A program made the position numbers and the translations under genes. DNA of 64,000 nucleotides, from the NCBI GenBank assembly GCA_049515895.1, contig JBEKTQ010000016.1, positions 32,734-96,733 on the forward strand, written 5' to 3'. The DNA is from Candidatus Bathyarchaeia archaeon. GTDB taxonomy: Archaea > Thermoproteota > Bathyarchaeia > Bathyarchaeales > Bathycorpusculaceae. Below the pieces are notes generated by a model. That model worked only from the letters and a program-made list of their open reading frames with translations, was not told the DNA's origin and did not search any database. Positions 47,161 through 57,566 of the stretch are shown piece after piece (within the stretch, counting starts at the first letter, position 1; each line of letters begins with the position of its first letter).

Positions 47161-48438
47161 GTGGCTAGCTCAGAGGACGAAATTTACTCGACTATGTTCT
47201 CATCGCTTAAACATCCAGTTCGCCGCAAGATTATGCGCATGCTTTCAATCAAGCCAATGACTTTCATGGAGATAGCTGAGCAGCTTGACATTTCCACGTC
47301 CAATTTGACTTATCATCTTGAAAGCCTCGGCGATCTGGTTAACAAGATGGAGAACGGGCAGTATAAGCTGTCAACTTTCGGGTTGGCGACTGTAAGCGCT
47401 ATGAAGGGTGTGGAAGAAGTTCCCGAAATTGAGCCCAGACGTAAGATCAAGTTGTCCCTTAAATGGAGAGCCGCTTTCGCAGTTCTAATGGTCGCTGTTT
47501 TGATATTGGCTAGCATTTCTGCTCTTCAGTATGCTTCAATGAATCATATGTCCAGCAAGCAAAACGTGTTGGCTGCTGAAAACAAGCAATTGCTGTCTTG
47601 GGGAATAGGCACCAACAAAGTCGCTAATTTTCTGCAAAATGTAACGCAAATAGATACGAATCAATACACAACTTCTCTTCTAAGTAACACATTGCAGTTC
47701 AATTCAGAATTTAACGCAGCTGAGGAACTGCTCACATATTCTCTTACAAACGGTCCATACACCTTTAATGTAGACTTGCGTTTCAGAAACAATCATTTCT
47801 CCCGTTACCAACTCGAAATGGGGGAAAGCTCGCCTGTTTTCACGCAGTCTCAGCCCGACGATGTAGTGCAGGCTGCCAAGGGAGTGCTCGAACGATACCA
47901 AGCCTACTCAGGCGACACATACCTTACCCAAATGCGCAACCTAATAGACGCTGTGAACACGACTGGACCAACTTCCGTCACGCAGGGTAACATGACGCTT
48001 CAAATAACCGTTTCAGGGGGCACCACACAGTTTATGTGGATGTACACGCAGAACGGCATCGACTATCAAGCTAAAGGCGTAATGATGACATTCCAAAATA
48101 ACATTCTCATAACCATGACTGACGGCTACTTCCTGTTCACCATAGGAAGCACCACCCTGAAGATTTCGCAGGAACAAGCAGTTTCCATGGCCAAAAACTA
48201 CGTTAACACATTAAGCTGGAATTTTAACGGCACCAAATACACGAACTTCAACGTGCTTGATAATCCGGTTTCGGTTCAGCTGGTACCTCATCCAAGAGGC
48301 AACTCTGTAGCGCTGATCCCATACTGGTACGTGATATTGGGCCTTGACAGAGTCTACCCAGGCGCCGTAAACGAGGTTACTGTTGGCATCTTCGCAGACA
48401 ACGGTCAAATCGATGGTGTTCAAATGCTGAGCGCCTGA
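47161..48438 (+). CDS. ArsR-type wHTH protein with TM and large extracellular domain
   Basis: SLKHPVRRKIMRML...SNLTYHLESL; one TM; N/T-rich exterior domain. Confidence 0.8.
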   Translation: MASSEDEIYSTMFSSLKHPVRRKIMRMLSIKPMTFMEIAEQLDISTSNLTYHLESLGDLVNKMENGQYKLSTFGLATVSAMKGVEEVPEIEPRRKIKLSLKWRAAFAVLMVAVLILASISALQYASMNHMSSKQNVLAAENKQLLSWGIGTNKVANFLQNVTQIDTNQYTTSLLSNTLQFNSEFNAAEELLTYSLTNGPYTFNVDLRFRNNHFSRYQLEMGESSPVFTQSQPDDVVQAAKGVLERYQAYSGDTYLTQMRNLIDAVNTTGPTSVTQGNMTLQITVSGGTTQFMWMYTQNGIDYQAKGVMMTFQNNILITMTDGYFLFTIGSTTLKISQEQAVSMAKNYVNTLSWNFNGTKYTNFNVLDNPVSVQLVPHPRGNSVALIPYWYVILGLDRVYPGAVNEVTVGIFADNGQIDGVQMLSA

Positions 48439-48618
48439 AACAGTTAACAAAAACCGTTCAAGTTCCCCCTAACAGTAAGGAAACTAATGCGAAATCTACT
48501 TTGTTAAAGCAAAGATTTTTGTGGTCCCAAAAAGCCTTCTTCAGTTCTTTAACCATAACTATCGAAAGGTAGATTGCTTAGAATAGAGATTGTAAGTCTT
48601 TAAAAGGGATATTAAAGG

Positions 48619-49035
48619 TTGCAAATAAAGTTCAAGTGTGAAGTTTTAGCGTTCCTCTTCGGTGCATTTGTAATATTGCTAAATTTCGGCGATAGCCATA
48701 CGGGTCCGACTATCGGTAATTTAGATACTATTTTCGGATTGCCATTTTGGCCTCTAATGGATGTCATCTACCCCATAGCTTCAGTCTTAATTTTCATAGC
48801 TTACGGTCAAGCAAAAGGCAACGGAACGTTAAAGTTAAATGTTGAAACGGCGCTGCCTCTTTCTGCTTACTTGCTTGCTATTTTCCTTTTAAGCATCGAT
48901 GATGTTTCTCTGGTTCTGAACCTTGGATTAGGGTTTCCAGATACATATTGGATACTGATGATGTGGCTGTACCCAGTCATTTCATTTTTTGCCTTCTTCA
49001 GCTTTGGTCTTGCTAATGAAAGAGCCAGCGAATAG
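48619..49035 (+). CDS. Four-TM hypothetical membrane protein
   Basis: 138 aa, hydrophobic. Confidence 0.65.
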   Translation: MQIKFKCEVLAFLFGAFVILLNFGDSHTGPTIGNLDTIFGLPFWPLMDVIYPIASVLIFIAYGQAKGNGTLKLNVETALPLSAYLLAIFLLSIDDVSLVLNLGLGFPDTYWILMMWLYPVISFFAFFSFGLANERASE

Positions 49036-49147
49036 CCTTGCCAAAAATGGGAGCGAGCGCATCCAGTTGAGAAGTCCATTTTTCTGAAATGAAATGATTG
49101 AATATGGATTATGAATTAATAAGACATAATTTGTCTAAGCTGAGATA

Positions 49148-49993
49148 ATGAGTGATTTCGAAATGAGCGATGTTGGATTGCAAAGAAAATCGGGATCCGT
49201 TTCTGAGCCCTTGATTGAAACTTCTGGGCTGACTAAGCAGTTTGGCTCCTTTTATGCTTTATCAGATGTAAATTTGCGGGTAATGCCGGGTGAAATTTAC
49301 GGATTGCTCGGTCCCAACGGTGCTGGCAAGACAACAACAATCAAAACTATTCTGGGTTTGCTGGAGCCTACTTCAGGCTGGATCAAAGTTGTAGGCTTGG
49401 ACCCCGCAAAATACCCTATTGAAGTCAAGTCAAAAATTGGGTACGTGGCTGAAAACCCCATAATTTACGATTCCCTGTCTCCCCGAGACTTTTTAGATTT
49501 TGTGTCGTCAATCAGGAAAACGGACAGCATTGCCACCAACGAATTGGTCGCTCGTCTGGCGAACGCTTTCGACATGGCACAGTACTTCGACTCACCCATA
49601 GCTACCCTGTCACTCGGGATGAAGCAGAAAGTTGCTTTGATCGCCTCGTTTATCCATCAACCGCCCGTCCTCTTGTTGGATGAACCCCTCAACGGTTTGG
49701 ATGCAAAGAGCAGTCGAATAGTAAAGGAGCTGGTTGGGTTTCACGCACAAAAAGGCGGCGCCGTCCTGTTTTCAACCCACATTATGGAGGTAGCTCAACA
49801 AGTCTGCACAAGAATTGGCATAATCTACCAGGGCAAATTAATAGCCGAGGGAACGCTTGATCAACTCAGAGGCAAAACCCAAGGTGGCGGCACCCTTGAA
49901 GAAGTTTTTCTGAGATTAACCAATGAAGAAGATGAAGTCGCCGAAACTATGAGGATGCTTAGGGAGGCCTTCTTCAAAAATGAAGCTAGGTGA
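49148..49993 (+). CDS. ABC transporter ATP-binding protein
   Basis: GPNGAGKTT, LSLGMKQK, LLDEP, STH. Confidence 0.95.
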   Translation: MSDFEMSDVGLQRKSGSVSEPLIETSGLTKQFGSFYALSDVNLRVMPGEIYGLLGPNGAGKTTTIKTILGLLEPTSGWIKVVGLDPAKYPIEVKSKIGYVAENPIIYDSLSPRDFLDFVSSIRKTDSIATNELVARLANAFDMAQYFDSPIATLSLGMKQKVALIASFIHQPPVLLLDEPLNGLDAKSSRIVKELVGFHAQKGGAVLFSTHIMEVAQQVCTRIGIIYQGKLIAEGTLDQLRGKTQGGGTLEEVFLRLTNEEDEVAETMRMLREAFFKNEAR

Positions 49994-51599
49994 AGCTTGG
50001 CGTCTAAGTCGGACTTGTTACAGGGAAATGGTTTACCGTTCGCTTGCTGAGGAGAGAGGACGGATGTGGTGGGGCGCCTTCGGTCGGAGCCAGCAAGGAA
50101 AGGAATCTCAGGATGACCTTGAACTGACCAAGAGAGCGCTGCGAATCGCAAAGTTCGACAAAGGGGTGGTTGCTGTTTTTAACGTCATTGTTTCGATGGC
50201 TCCTTTCGCTTCGTTGTTTCTAGGAAGCCCAGGCTTCGGGTTAACGAGCGCGATCTCGCTTAGTTTGGCTGTGACCTTCGGGTTCACGGCGCTGTACTCA
50301 ATCCAGACACTTTCATCTTTCATGAGCCCCGAATCGTCAGCCTTGCTGTTAGCTATGCCTTTGAATCGAGACGATTTCTCTCTTATAACTTTGTTTTCTT
50401 TCATCCGATCCTTCGACTACATGGTTGTAGGGTCAATCCTAAGCCAGGTCGTATTGGTTGCTTATTTAACGGCTTCTCCGATAGCAACCTTGATAATGCT
50501 TGCAGCTTCCACCATGAACGCAGTTTTCGCTGTCGCCGTCGCATTATGGTTTTCAAGGTTTTTCCAGAAGAACATGTTGCTGGGAGGAAGGTCAAAAGCT
50601 AACTCGATTCTGCGACTGTTCTTTATTTTGATGTGGGGTTTACTGCTTGTAGCTGTAGGCTTCCTATTCACCATCCCATGGTACATAATACCTAACCTGC
50701 AGAGCACGCTGCTCGGCGCTGGGCAAGTGTGGAACTCACTATGGGGTCTTCTTTACCCATTCTCAACAGGCATCGTCATAACCGCTTCGGTTTCCAGCAT
50801 CACGTCCTCAACCCTGTTGGTGGCGTCCGTTGCCATGTTGGGGTACGCGTTGCTTGCAGTTTTCGCGGGCAAGTGGAGTTTGGTAACGGTGAAACGTGTA
50901 TCGCAGGGATCAGGAGTTAATATCGCTCGTGTGGCTGCTCAGGACTTTTCAGTTAAATCGCGGGGTCCTCTTCTAGGCTATGTTTTGAAAGACCTGAAAG
51001 TCGCTTCCAGAAACCCAGCTACCGCCTTCTTTTTCACCCTTCCAGTCCTTGAAACCGTCATCATAATTCTGCTGGACTCAAACTTCGGAGTTCTCAGAAC
51101 TGCGCTGGTTCTCGTCGGTACGTCGATGGGCGGAGTTTTCGCCTTGTTTTTGCCCCTTGCTCTTTTAAGCGCTGAGGGAAAAGGGCTGGAGTACACCAAA
51201 ACGTTGCCTATTAGCTCCCGCAGAATCGTTGTTCCTAAGGCGCTCGTGTCCACTGCAACTTACGTTCCCGTACCGTTGGCGTTAGCCATTTTATCATTGC
51301 TCAAACCGTTAAGTGCACCATCAGCAATTCTCATTCCATTTCTGATAATAATGCCAGTGGCTTCCGCAAGCATCTTTGAAATCAAACTTTTCCTGAGAAC
51401 CGCAGCCAAAGGGAAAATGGCCTCAGTGCTTAATGATTTTGAAAAGTTAACCTTTGGAGTGGCAGTCGTACTGGTTTCTGTGGTGGCTTATGCAGCAGTG
51501 TTTCTTACGACTTTTAACCATGATTTTTCGCTTTTGGCAATGGGTGGAGTCGCGTTTGCTGAGTTAGCGGCGGCTTTTTATGTGCTTAGGCGTCCTTGA
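49980..51599 (+). CDS. ABC transporter permease
   Basis: Many TMs, KDLKVASRNP and TLPIS motifs; overlaps the ATPase gene. Confidence 0.8.
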   Translation: MKLGEAWRLSRTCYREMVYRSLAEERGRMWWGAFGRSQQGKESQDDLELTKRALRIAKFDKGVVAVFNVIVSMAPFASLFLGSPGFGLTSAISLSLAVTFGFTALYSIQTLSSFMSPESSALLLAMPLNRDDFSLITLFSFIRSFDYMVVGSILSQVVLVAYLTASPIATLIMLAASTMNAVFAVAVALWFSRFFQKNMLLGGRSKANSILRLFFILMWGLLLVAVGFLFTIPWYIIPNLQSTLLGAGQVWNSLWGLLYPFSTGIVITASVSSITSSTLLVASVAMLGYALLAVFAGKWSLVTVKRVSQGSGVNIARVAAQDFSVKSRGPLLGYVLKDLKVASRNPATAFFFTLPVLETVIIILLDSNFGVLRTALVLVGTSMGGVFALFLPLALLSAEGKGLEYTKTLPISSRRIVVPKALVSTATYVPVPLALAILSLLKPLSAPSAILIPFLIIMPVASASIFEIKLFLRTAAKGKMASVLNDFEKLTFGVAVVLVSVVAYAAVFLTTFNHDFSLLAMGGVAFAELAAAFYVLRRP

Positions 51600-51850
51600 C
51601 GGAAAAGCAGTGCAATCATTACACTGGTGCTGGCTCTGATGACGCTTACTGTGTGGCAAAAAGCTTGAAACGCCGCAGAGCTAGTTAAGGTTGAATTTTT
51701 CGGATTGGGTTCAAACTTTGTTGCGAGGCTATTCTCGTTTCGTTTCTTTTTTCGGCGAACCTTTTTGTTCAGCGGTTTTCTCGAGTGTGAGTGACCAGTT
51801 GGTAAAGCAATCCCAGAGTAGGCTTGAGCTGTCTTGGTTTTGGCTGTTGT

Positions 51851-52657
51851 TCATTTTGACGCCTTGAGGTATTTGTTGAAGAATGCTAAAGCCAATGTCC
51901 ATGCGTCTTCAGCTGCCTCCTTGTTGTATGAGGGTCTGTTTTCGTTGAAGAAGGCGTGCTGCGTGCCCTGGTAGATTTTCATCTGAAAAGTCTTCTTATG
52001 AGCTATCATAGCCTCTACTAACGCTGAAACCCCGCTGGTTATTCTCTGATCTTCCCCAGCGTAGATTCCGAATACAGGACCACTGATTTTGGCAACGTCT
52101 TCTAGAGGTTTGGGGTTTGCGCCATAGAAAGGAACTGCAGCGTTAAACGGGTACCTGGTTGCAAGCTGATAAGATAATCCGCCGCCGAGGCAGAAACCTG
52201 TGATTCCCAGCCTTTCGCCATCCACGGTTTCTAGGGTTTTGACGTAGTTTACGCAGCAAAGAAGGTCTTCCGCCATTGTCTTTTCAGCTTTCTCTCGCCC
52301 CGTGAAGAAAAAGTTGACTATTTTCCGTTCATTTTCTGAGAGACCAGCCATTAGGCTTTGAATCGCGGCTGGGTCGTTGCGTTTTTCAGGAGGGATGCGC
52401 CACATCTGCATCATGGCTTTCTCGATGGCTTGTTCGGTTAGGTCCTTCTCGCGGCTGAAAAGGTGCGGCGCAATAGCGGTGAAGCCTTGTTGAGCGTACC
52501 TGTTAGCGACACCTTTAATCTGTTCGTTTAGACCCCAAGCTTCGTGAACTACGATTATTGCAGGGTTTGGAACTTCAGTTTTAGGGTGGGCGATGTAAGC
52601 TATCATGTCAGCACCGTCAGGACACTTGAAGGTTATTGTTTTGTTCGAAAATTCCAT
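51851..52657 (-). CDS. Dienelactone hydrolase family protein
   Basis: HEAWGLN, GFCLGG, HAFFNENRPSY. Confidence 0.92.
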   Translation of the reverse strand: MEFSNKTITFKCPDGADMIAYIAHPKTEVPNPAIIVVHEAWGLNEQIKGVANRYAQQGFTAIAPHLFSREKDLTEQAIEKAMMQMWRIPPEKRNDPAAIQSLMAGLSENERKIVNFFFTGREKAEKTMAEDLLCCVNYVKTLETVDGERLGITGFCLGGGLSYQLATRYPFNAAVPFYGANPKPLEDVAKISGPVFGIYAGEDQRITSGVSALVEAMIAHKKTFQMKIYQGTQHAFFNENRPSYNKEAAEDAWTLALAFFNKYLKASK

Positions 52658-52949
52658 TAAAGGTCAAATTAAACTTCCTGTGAATTGATATTTAATCGTT
52701 CCTCTCAAGAAAGTCTTCAACTGGAAGGCAGGGAATCATTCCCCTGCGTTTCTATGACTTGACCGGATGTTGCTTAAGTTCATGTTTGCATAGAATTGGG
52801 GCATAATTATGAAAAACTTTTTAATAACATCTTGGATTTAAGAACAACACTCACTGGAGAATCAAGGACATGGTTTATCTGTGTAAGTTAGTAACGGCAA
52901 GTCCGCTCTTAAAGCAGGAAACGTTGGCCGACTTTAGGAGAGGATTATA

Positions 52950-54365
52950 GTGGAGCAACCTTCACAACAATCCGAGAATTCTCAGCCTTCCTCCCAGCCT
53001 GAATCTCCACAAGAGCCACAGCAACCTCAACCCTCCCAACAACCCGAACAGCCTCAACCTTCCCAACAGCCCGAGTCTCCCCAACAGCCTTCTACACAGC
53101 CTGAAGCTTCTCAACAACCTCCGCAGGCTCAGCCCTCTCCGCAACCCGAGCAACCAAAGCCCACTAAAAGATTACGAAGAAACCGACTTCTGGCAGCCGC
53201 GGTTGTAGCTATAATCGCGTTCAGTCTCTTTGCCGGCGTTTTTGGTTACTGGGTGGGAAACATGAACTCTTCCAGCAAGCTGTCCAGCCTGCAGAAGCAG
53301 GTTACTGACCTGCAGAATCAGATTGCGGGTTTGTCAGCTAACAGCAGCGGAAGCTTAACCCAAGCTGTCCCCGAGAACGTTTCGCTCTCAGCGCTCTACG
53401 ATGAGGTTAAGGATTCAGTTGTAGTAATAACAGATACGCAATCAAGCTCACTAGTTGAAGGTTCTGGATTTATCGATAACCTTAATGGACGAATGGTTGT
53501 GGTTACAAACAACCATGTTATCGCTTCAGGAACTGGCATAAGCGTCACTTTTTCGAATGGAGACGGCTACTCTGCCACGGTTTTGGGCGCTGACCCATAC
53601 GCTGACTTAGCCGTGCTCTCGGTGAGTAGCGCTCCCTCAGGCGAGTTCCAGCCGCTTCAAGTCGTCGGTTCCTCAACCCTTAGCGTAGGCGACTTCGTAG
53701 CAGCTGTTGGCAGTCCATTCGGGTTGGCCGGTTCAATGACAACTGGGATTGTAAGCGCGCTAGGCAGAACCATAACGGAAACGAGTTCAGGCAACTATCC
53801 TATAGCAGACGTTATCCAGTTCAGTGCTCCGATTAACCCGGGTAACTCGGGCGGGCCATTGCTGAACTCTGCAGGTCAAGTTGTTGGGATAAACACTGCG
53901 GGAATCCAGAACTCTCAGAACGGCGGTACTGCTCAGGGTTTAGGATTTGCCATTTCTTCAACCACGATACTTCGCGAAGTCAACTCCTTGGCTAACAGCG
54001 GCTCCTACACGTCGTACCCATACATGGGTGTAGGCGTAGCAGACATGAGCTATGACATCGCTGCCCAAGAAGGATTAAAAGTCACCTACGGTTTGCTTGT
54101 TGAGCAGGTTGTAAGCGGAGGACCAGCGGACAAAGCAGGTCTCAAAGCTGGCACAACCCAGGCAACTATAGACGGAACCCAGATAATGGTGGGGGGAGAC
54201 ATAATCACAGCCATAAACGGAACACGCATCGTTAACCAAGATGAATTATCAACGTACCTCGCGGAGCATACACTGCCCAACCAGACAATAAACGTCACCA
54301 TCATCAGAAATGGACAAACAATGACTATTCCGCTTGTCCTGGGAACCCGCCCGGCTCCAAGCTAA
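52950..54365 (+). CDS. htrA: HtrA/DegP-type serine protease with PDZ domain
   Basis: TNNHV, DLAV, INPGNSGGPL, PDZ domain; Pro/Gln-rich N-terminus and TM. Confidence 0.93.
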   Translation: MEQPSQQSENSQPSSQPESPQEPQQPQPSQQPEQPQPSQQPESPQQPSTQPEASQQPPQAQPSPQPEQPKPTKRLRRNRLLAAAVVAIIAFSLFAGVFGYWVGNMNSSSKLSSLQKQVTDLQNQIAGLSANSSGSLTQAVPENVSLSALYDEVKDSVVVITDTQSSSLVEGSGFIDNLNGRMVVVTNNHVIASGTGISVTFSNGDGYSATVLGADPYADLAVLSVSSAPSGEFQPLQVVGSSTLSVGDFVAAVGSPFGLAGSMTTGIVSALGRTITETSSGNYPIADVIQFSAPINPGNSGGPLLNSAGQVVGINTAGIQNSQNGGTAQGLGFAISSTTILREVNSLANSGSYTSYPYMGVGVADMSYDIAAQEGLKVTYGLLVEQVVSGGPADKAGLKAGTTQATIDGTQIMVGGDIITAINGTRIVNQDELSTYLAEHTLPNQTINVTIIRNGQTMTIPLVLGTRPAPS

Positions 54366-54504
54366 ATCCGCTGGAAATCGAAAACTCTTCCCTTTTCATC
54401 CTTTTTTTGTTCCTTTTTTAAGAAACATCGACGGCAGTCAAAAGATTAGTCGCTGAATATGAAAAGTGTTTGTGAATGATTTTAGCGCGTGGAAAAACCG
54501 GCGT

Positions 54505-54630
54505 TTTTTTTCTTTGCGTTTTGGGTTGGTTTTTTGGTTTGGGCTTGGATTGGTTGCAGGTTGCGTCCTAAAATCTCTAGAAATCTCCATAAATCTCTTA
54601 AAATCTCCTGAAATCTCCGTAAAAATCAAC
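54505..54630 (-). repeat. Dispersed intergenic repeat copy C (five AAATCTC units at 10-bp spacing)
   Basis: AAATCTC at 54571, 54581, 54591, 54601 and 54611; TGCAGGTTGCGTC at 54555-54567 is the reverse complement of 19404-19416. Confidence 0.8.
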
Positions 54631-54739
54631 AAGGGTGGATGACTCATATGTGCTGAATAACCTAACAATTTATTTTTCAAAGTGCCACTACTCAGGAACA
54701 GCGGCCCTCCATCTTATTAATTAATGAACATGCCTACGT

Positions 54740-54979
54740 TCAAGCTAGAACTTGGTCGCTGTTCAAGACCGACGCAAAGTCTACTAAGAGTCCTCTCGAT
54801 TTAGCCTGACCAAATATTGACAAGCGACTCTCAAACGCAGTTACCAAATCATCAAGTAGAATATACTGCATTTCCACAGGTAACGCTTTGATTTCGTCGC
54901 TGAACACTTCAGCCATCTTATTCCTGAGGACTTTTCTATTTTTACTATTCACTTGATCCAACACCCGATTGTTCCTCAA
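54740..54979 (-). CDS. Small hypothetical protein
   Basis: 79 aa; natural-looking helical sequence (ILLDDLVTAFESRL). Confidence 0.55.
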   Translation of the reverse strand: MRNNRVLDQVNSKNRKVLRNKMAEVFSDEIKALPVEMQYILLDDLVTAFESRLSIFGQAKSRGLLVDFASVLNSDQVLA

Positions 54980-55101
54980 ATACGAGAAAGTGTAACATCT
55001 ACTAAAAAGCCCTTATGAATCCAAAAACATTATTGAAAAACTACTGTTCTTCTGGGCATATTAAGCTGAAAAGGCTCGGCAATTTTGAAGGCGTGACATA
55101 T

Positions 55102-55656
55102 TCATTGTGCAGACGCAACAGCTATGTAGCAGTTCAAGTCCTCGCTGTCCACGAAAGAACAAACCGAGAGGGATATGCCTTCAAGAACGTCCAAAAAAGT
55201 GGTCAGTGAAAAAGCCTTCTTCAACCCTGTTACAACAACATTCCCGCTTGGCTTCGTAACTCTTTTGAGTTCCCCCAAAGTCTCTGAGGGGTTAGGCATG
55301 TTCTGCAGAACTGTGAAAGCGAAAACAGCTTCAAAGGAGCCTGTGCTAAACGGCAAATGATCAGCATCAGCCTGCAAAACAAAAACGTTACCGAGCTTAT
55401 TCGCCTCACCTTTGGCTTTAACCAGCAGTTTGCGTGAAATGTCAACGCCCACAACCATGCTTGCACAAGCGGCGGCACGACTGAAAAACAAGCCCGTGCC
55501 GCATCCGACATCCAAAACCCGTTTTCCAGCCAAATCGACATTTCCCAGCGCTGCTCTGTATTTTGCCTGCTGCTCCGCCCCATAACGCTCCTCGTACATG
55601 TCAGCCGTCAAATCGTACCGCTGCATTACCATACGTTTGTCTTTCCAATCAGCCAC
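55102..55656 (-). CDS. Class I SAM-dependent methyltransferase
   Basis: VLDVGCGTG, GVDIS, ADADHLPF. Confidence 0.9.
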   Translation of the reverse strand: MADWKDKRMVMQRYDLTADMYEERYGAEQQAKYRAALGNVDLAGKRVLDVGCGTGLFFSRAAACASMVVGVDISRKLLVKAKGEANKLGNVFVLQADADHLPFSTGSFEAVFAFTVLQNMPNPSETLGELKRVTKPSGNVVVTGLKKAFSLTTFLDVLEGISLSVCSFVDSEDLNCYIAVASAQ

Positions 55657-55706
55657 TCGAGATTTCCTTCAAGAAATCTTATTTACCCAAGCACTATCTA
55701 AAATAG

Positions 55707-56522
55707 TTGGCTGAAAACAACTTGCAACAACCAAACAAGGTATCCGTCCTAACGCAGCCCTCGCTTGCGGACGCTGCTAAGCTAATTGAAAAAGCCTTCA
55801 TCCAAAGAAGAACGCTTATTGTTGCAGGGACCTGCCACGTGCATTACGTTGGCAGAGCAAGCTCTACGCTTGAACCTGGCGAACGCATGTTAATAGTTAA
55901 GGCGGATGGGTCGCTTCTTGTTCACCGTCCAGTCGGGTATGAACCGGTCAATTGGCAGCCTGCGGGAAGCATTTTCCACGTCCAAGTCAAAGACGGAGGC
56001 AACCTTGAAGTTCACGCGGTCAGGCAGAAGCCAAGGGAAAACGTGAAAATTACATTCACCGAAGTTCTGATGGTTTCAGTTTTAAGCCTTGAGGATTCAG
56101 GCGAGTTTCTGCTTTTCGCATCCGAAGAAGACATGCACCGAGCCATTATCCTTAAGCCTGAGCTGTTTGAAGAGGGGTTTAAGCCTATTAGCTGGGAGAA
56201 AAAAGTGGAGCCGGGCTTTGTGGACATTTATGGGGAAGACAAAAACGGCAAACTCGTCATAGTAGAAGTGAAACGCAAATCTGCGTCGAAGGAGGCGGCG
56301 CTGCAGCTGGCAAAGTACATCGAACCCATCAAAGCCAAAGTCAACCGTGAGGTGCGTGCCGTGCTGGTCGCCCCAAGCCTCGGCAAGGATGTACAAAGGC
56401 TTCTGGCAACGCTCGGTTTAGAGTTTAAGGCGCTGGACCCGAAAACCTGTGCTGAGATTCTGCGGAAAACGGAAAACTCAAAGCTTGAAAGCTTCTTCAA
56501 CAAACAACAAACGGTACCATAA
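55707..56522 (+). CDS. nucS: Endonuclease NucS/EndoMS
   Basis: YVGRASS, KADGSLLVH, PVNWQP, GFVDI, VEVKR, QLAKY. Confidence 0.95.
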   Translation: MAENNLQQPNKVSVLTQPSLADAAKLIEKAFIQRRTLIVAGTCHVHYVGRASSTLEPGERMLIVKADGSLLVHRPVGYEPVNWQPAGSIFHVQVKDGGNLEVHAVRQKPRENVKITFTEVLMVSVLSLEDSGEFLLFASEEDMHRAIILKPELFEEGFKPISWEKKVEPGFVDIYGEDKNGKLVIVEVKRKSASKEAALQLAKYIEPIKAKVNREVRAVLVAPSLGKDVQRLLATLGLEFKALDPKTCAEILRKTENSKLESFFNKQQTVP

Positions 56523-56530
56523 ACCACGCA

Positions 56531-57037
56531 TCAGCCGATGCCTTTTTTGCTTGTTCTCCAAGTCAAAGCGCTAAATATTGAAAGAACCAAAAGGGAAGTC
56601 AGAACAACAATTTTGGCGACTCCAAACGCTTCAACGGTTGAAAAGATCAGGATGGCGGCTGGAAATGGACCGAGCAGCGCGTAATAGAATATGGCGACGG
56701 CTAAGCCGTAGGTTTCTTTGTAGTTTTTGAGGCTTCGTTTTCCAAAGTACACTGCAGCTAGCCTGCCCAATCCGTATGTGCATTTTTTGCAGTTGTAGCA
56801 TGGTCGCAGGCAACCCAGGAACTTTAGGATGCCGTAAACGCCGATGAGCAAAACCAGCAGGAAAACCACGCCAGCTGCCAAGTTGACAAGAGAAAGACCT
56901 ATCGAGTCCAACACAATCCATGCGGCAACTGCGATGTTTCCTGCGACGGCGAACGTTTTTGGGAACTCTATTGTTTCGCTTATTTCTCCCAGATCCTTTG
57001 CACCACATTGTCTAGGAGAAGATAAGTAGCTTTCCAC
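56531..57037 (-). CDS. Membrane protein with Cys cluster
   Basis: Four TMs; CLRPCYNCKKC. Confidence 0.65.
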   Translation of the reverse strand: MESYLSSPRQCGAKDLGEISETIEFPKTFAVAGNIAVAAWIVLDSIGLSLVNLAAGVVFLLVLLIGVYGILKFLGCLRPCYNCKKCTYGLGRLAAVYFGKRSLKNYKETYGLAVAIFYYALLGPFPAAILIFSTVEAFGVAKIVVLTSLLVLSIFSALTWRTSKKGIG

Positions 57038-57117
57038 GTAGCTTTGGCTTTGATCGCTCTATGCTTACTGGTTTAGTCTATTGTCTTTTACAGACTTTTG
57101 CTGACTTAACCCGCAAA

Positions 57118-57420
57118 CTACTTTTGAATCCCTATTTTTTTGGCCCAGTCGCTACCCTCTTTGAAGAACTTTAGCACTGGAGTTATCGTCACATCGCCCA
57201 CCAGCCTAAACTGTTCAACAGCAATGTTCAGAGCAGTGTTGTCGTCTGTTTCAAGAACAAAATAGAAAACATGACCTGGCGCATCCATGTATCCGTCAAT
57301 CAACTTTACTCCAGACATCTTCATGCTCTCTCCAGTTTTCTTTATGAATTCTTTATCGGGTCTTGCGATTCCACCAGGACAAAATTCAACCGTATGCTTA
57401 GCAACAACCATAAAGAGCAA
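57118..57420 (-). CDS. Small dimeric alpha/beta barrel-like protein
   Basis: MLFMVVAKHTVEFCP...PGHVFYFVLETD...ITPV. Confidence 0.65.
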   Translation of the reverse strand: MLFMVVAKHTVEFCPGGIARPDKEFIKKTGESMKMSGVKLIDGYMDAPGHVFYFVLETDDNTALNIAVEQFRLVGDVTITPVLKFFKEGSDWAKKIGIQK

Positions 57421-57566
57421 AACAAATCACCTTGAAGAGTAATAATATTTGGTCATGCGTTTAAGTTTTTGTGACTGCAATCGTGCAATAACAATCCCCA
57501 TTCTAGAGGAAGCGCTAACCTTTTATTCAATTCGCATCAAAAATAGAATACCTCGGGGAATCCAGT

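Noticed and set aside
52950-53160. Pro/Gln-rich repeats as a separate element
   Set aside because: Ordinary low-complexity N-terminus of HtrA.
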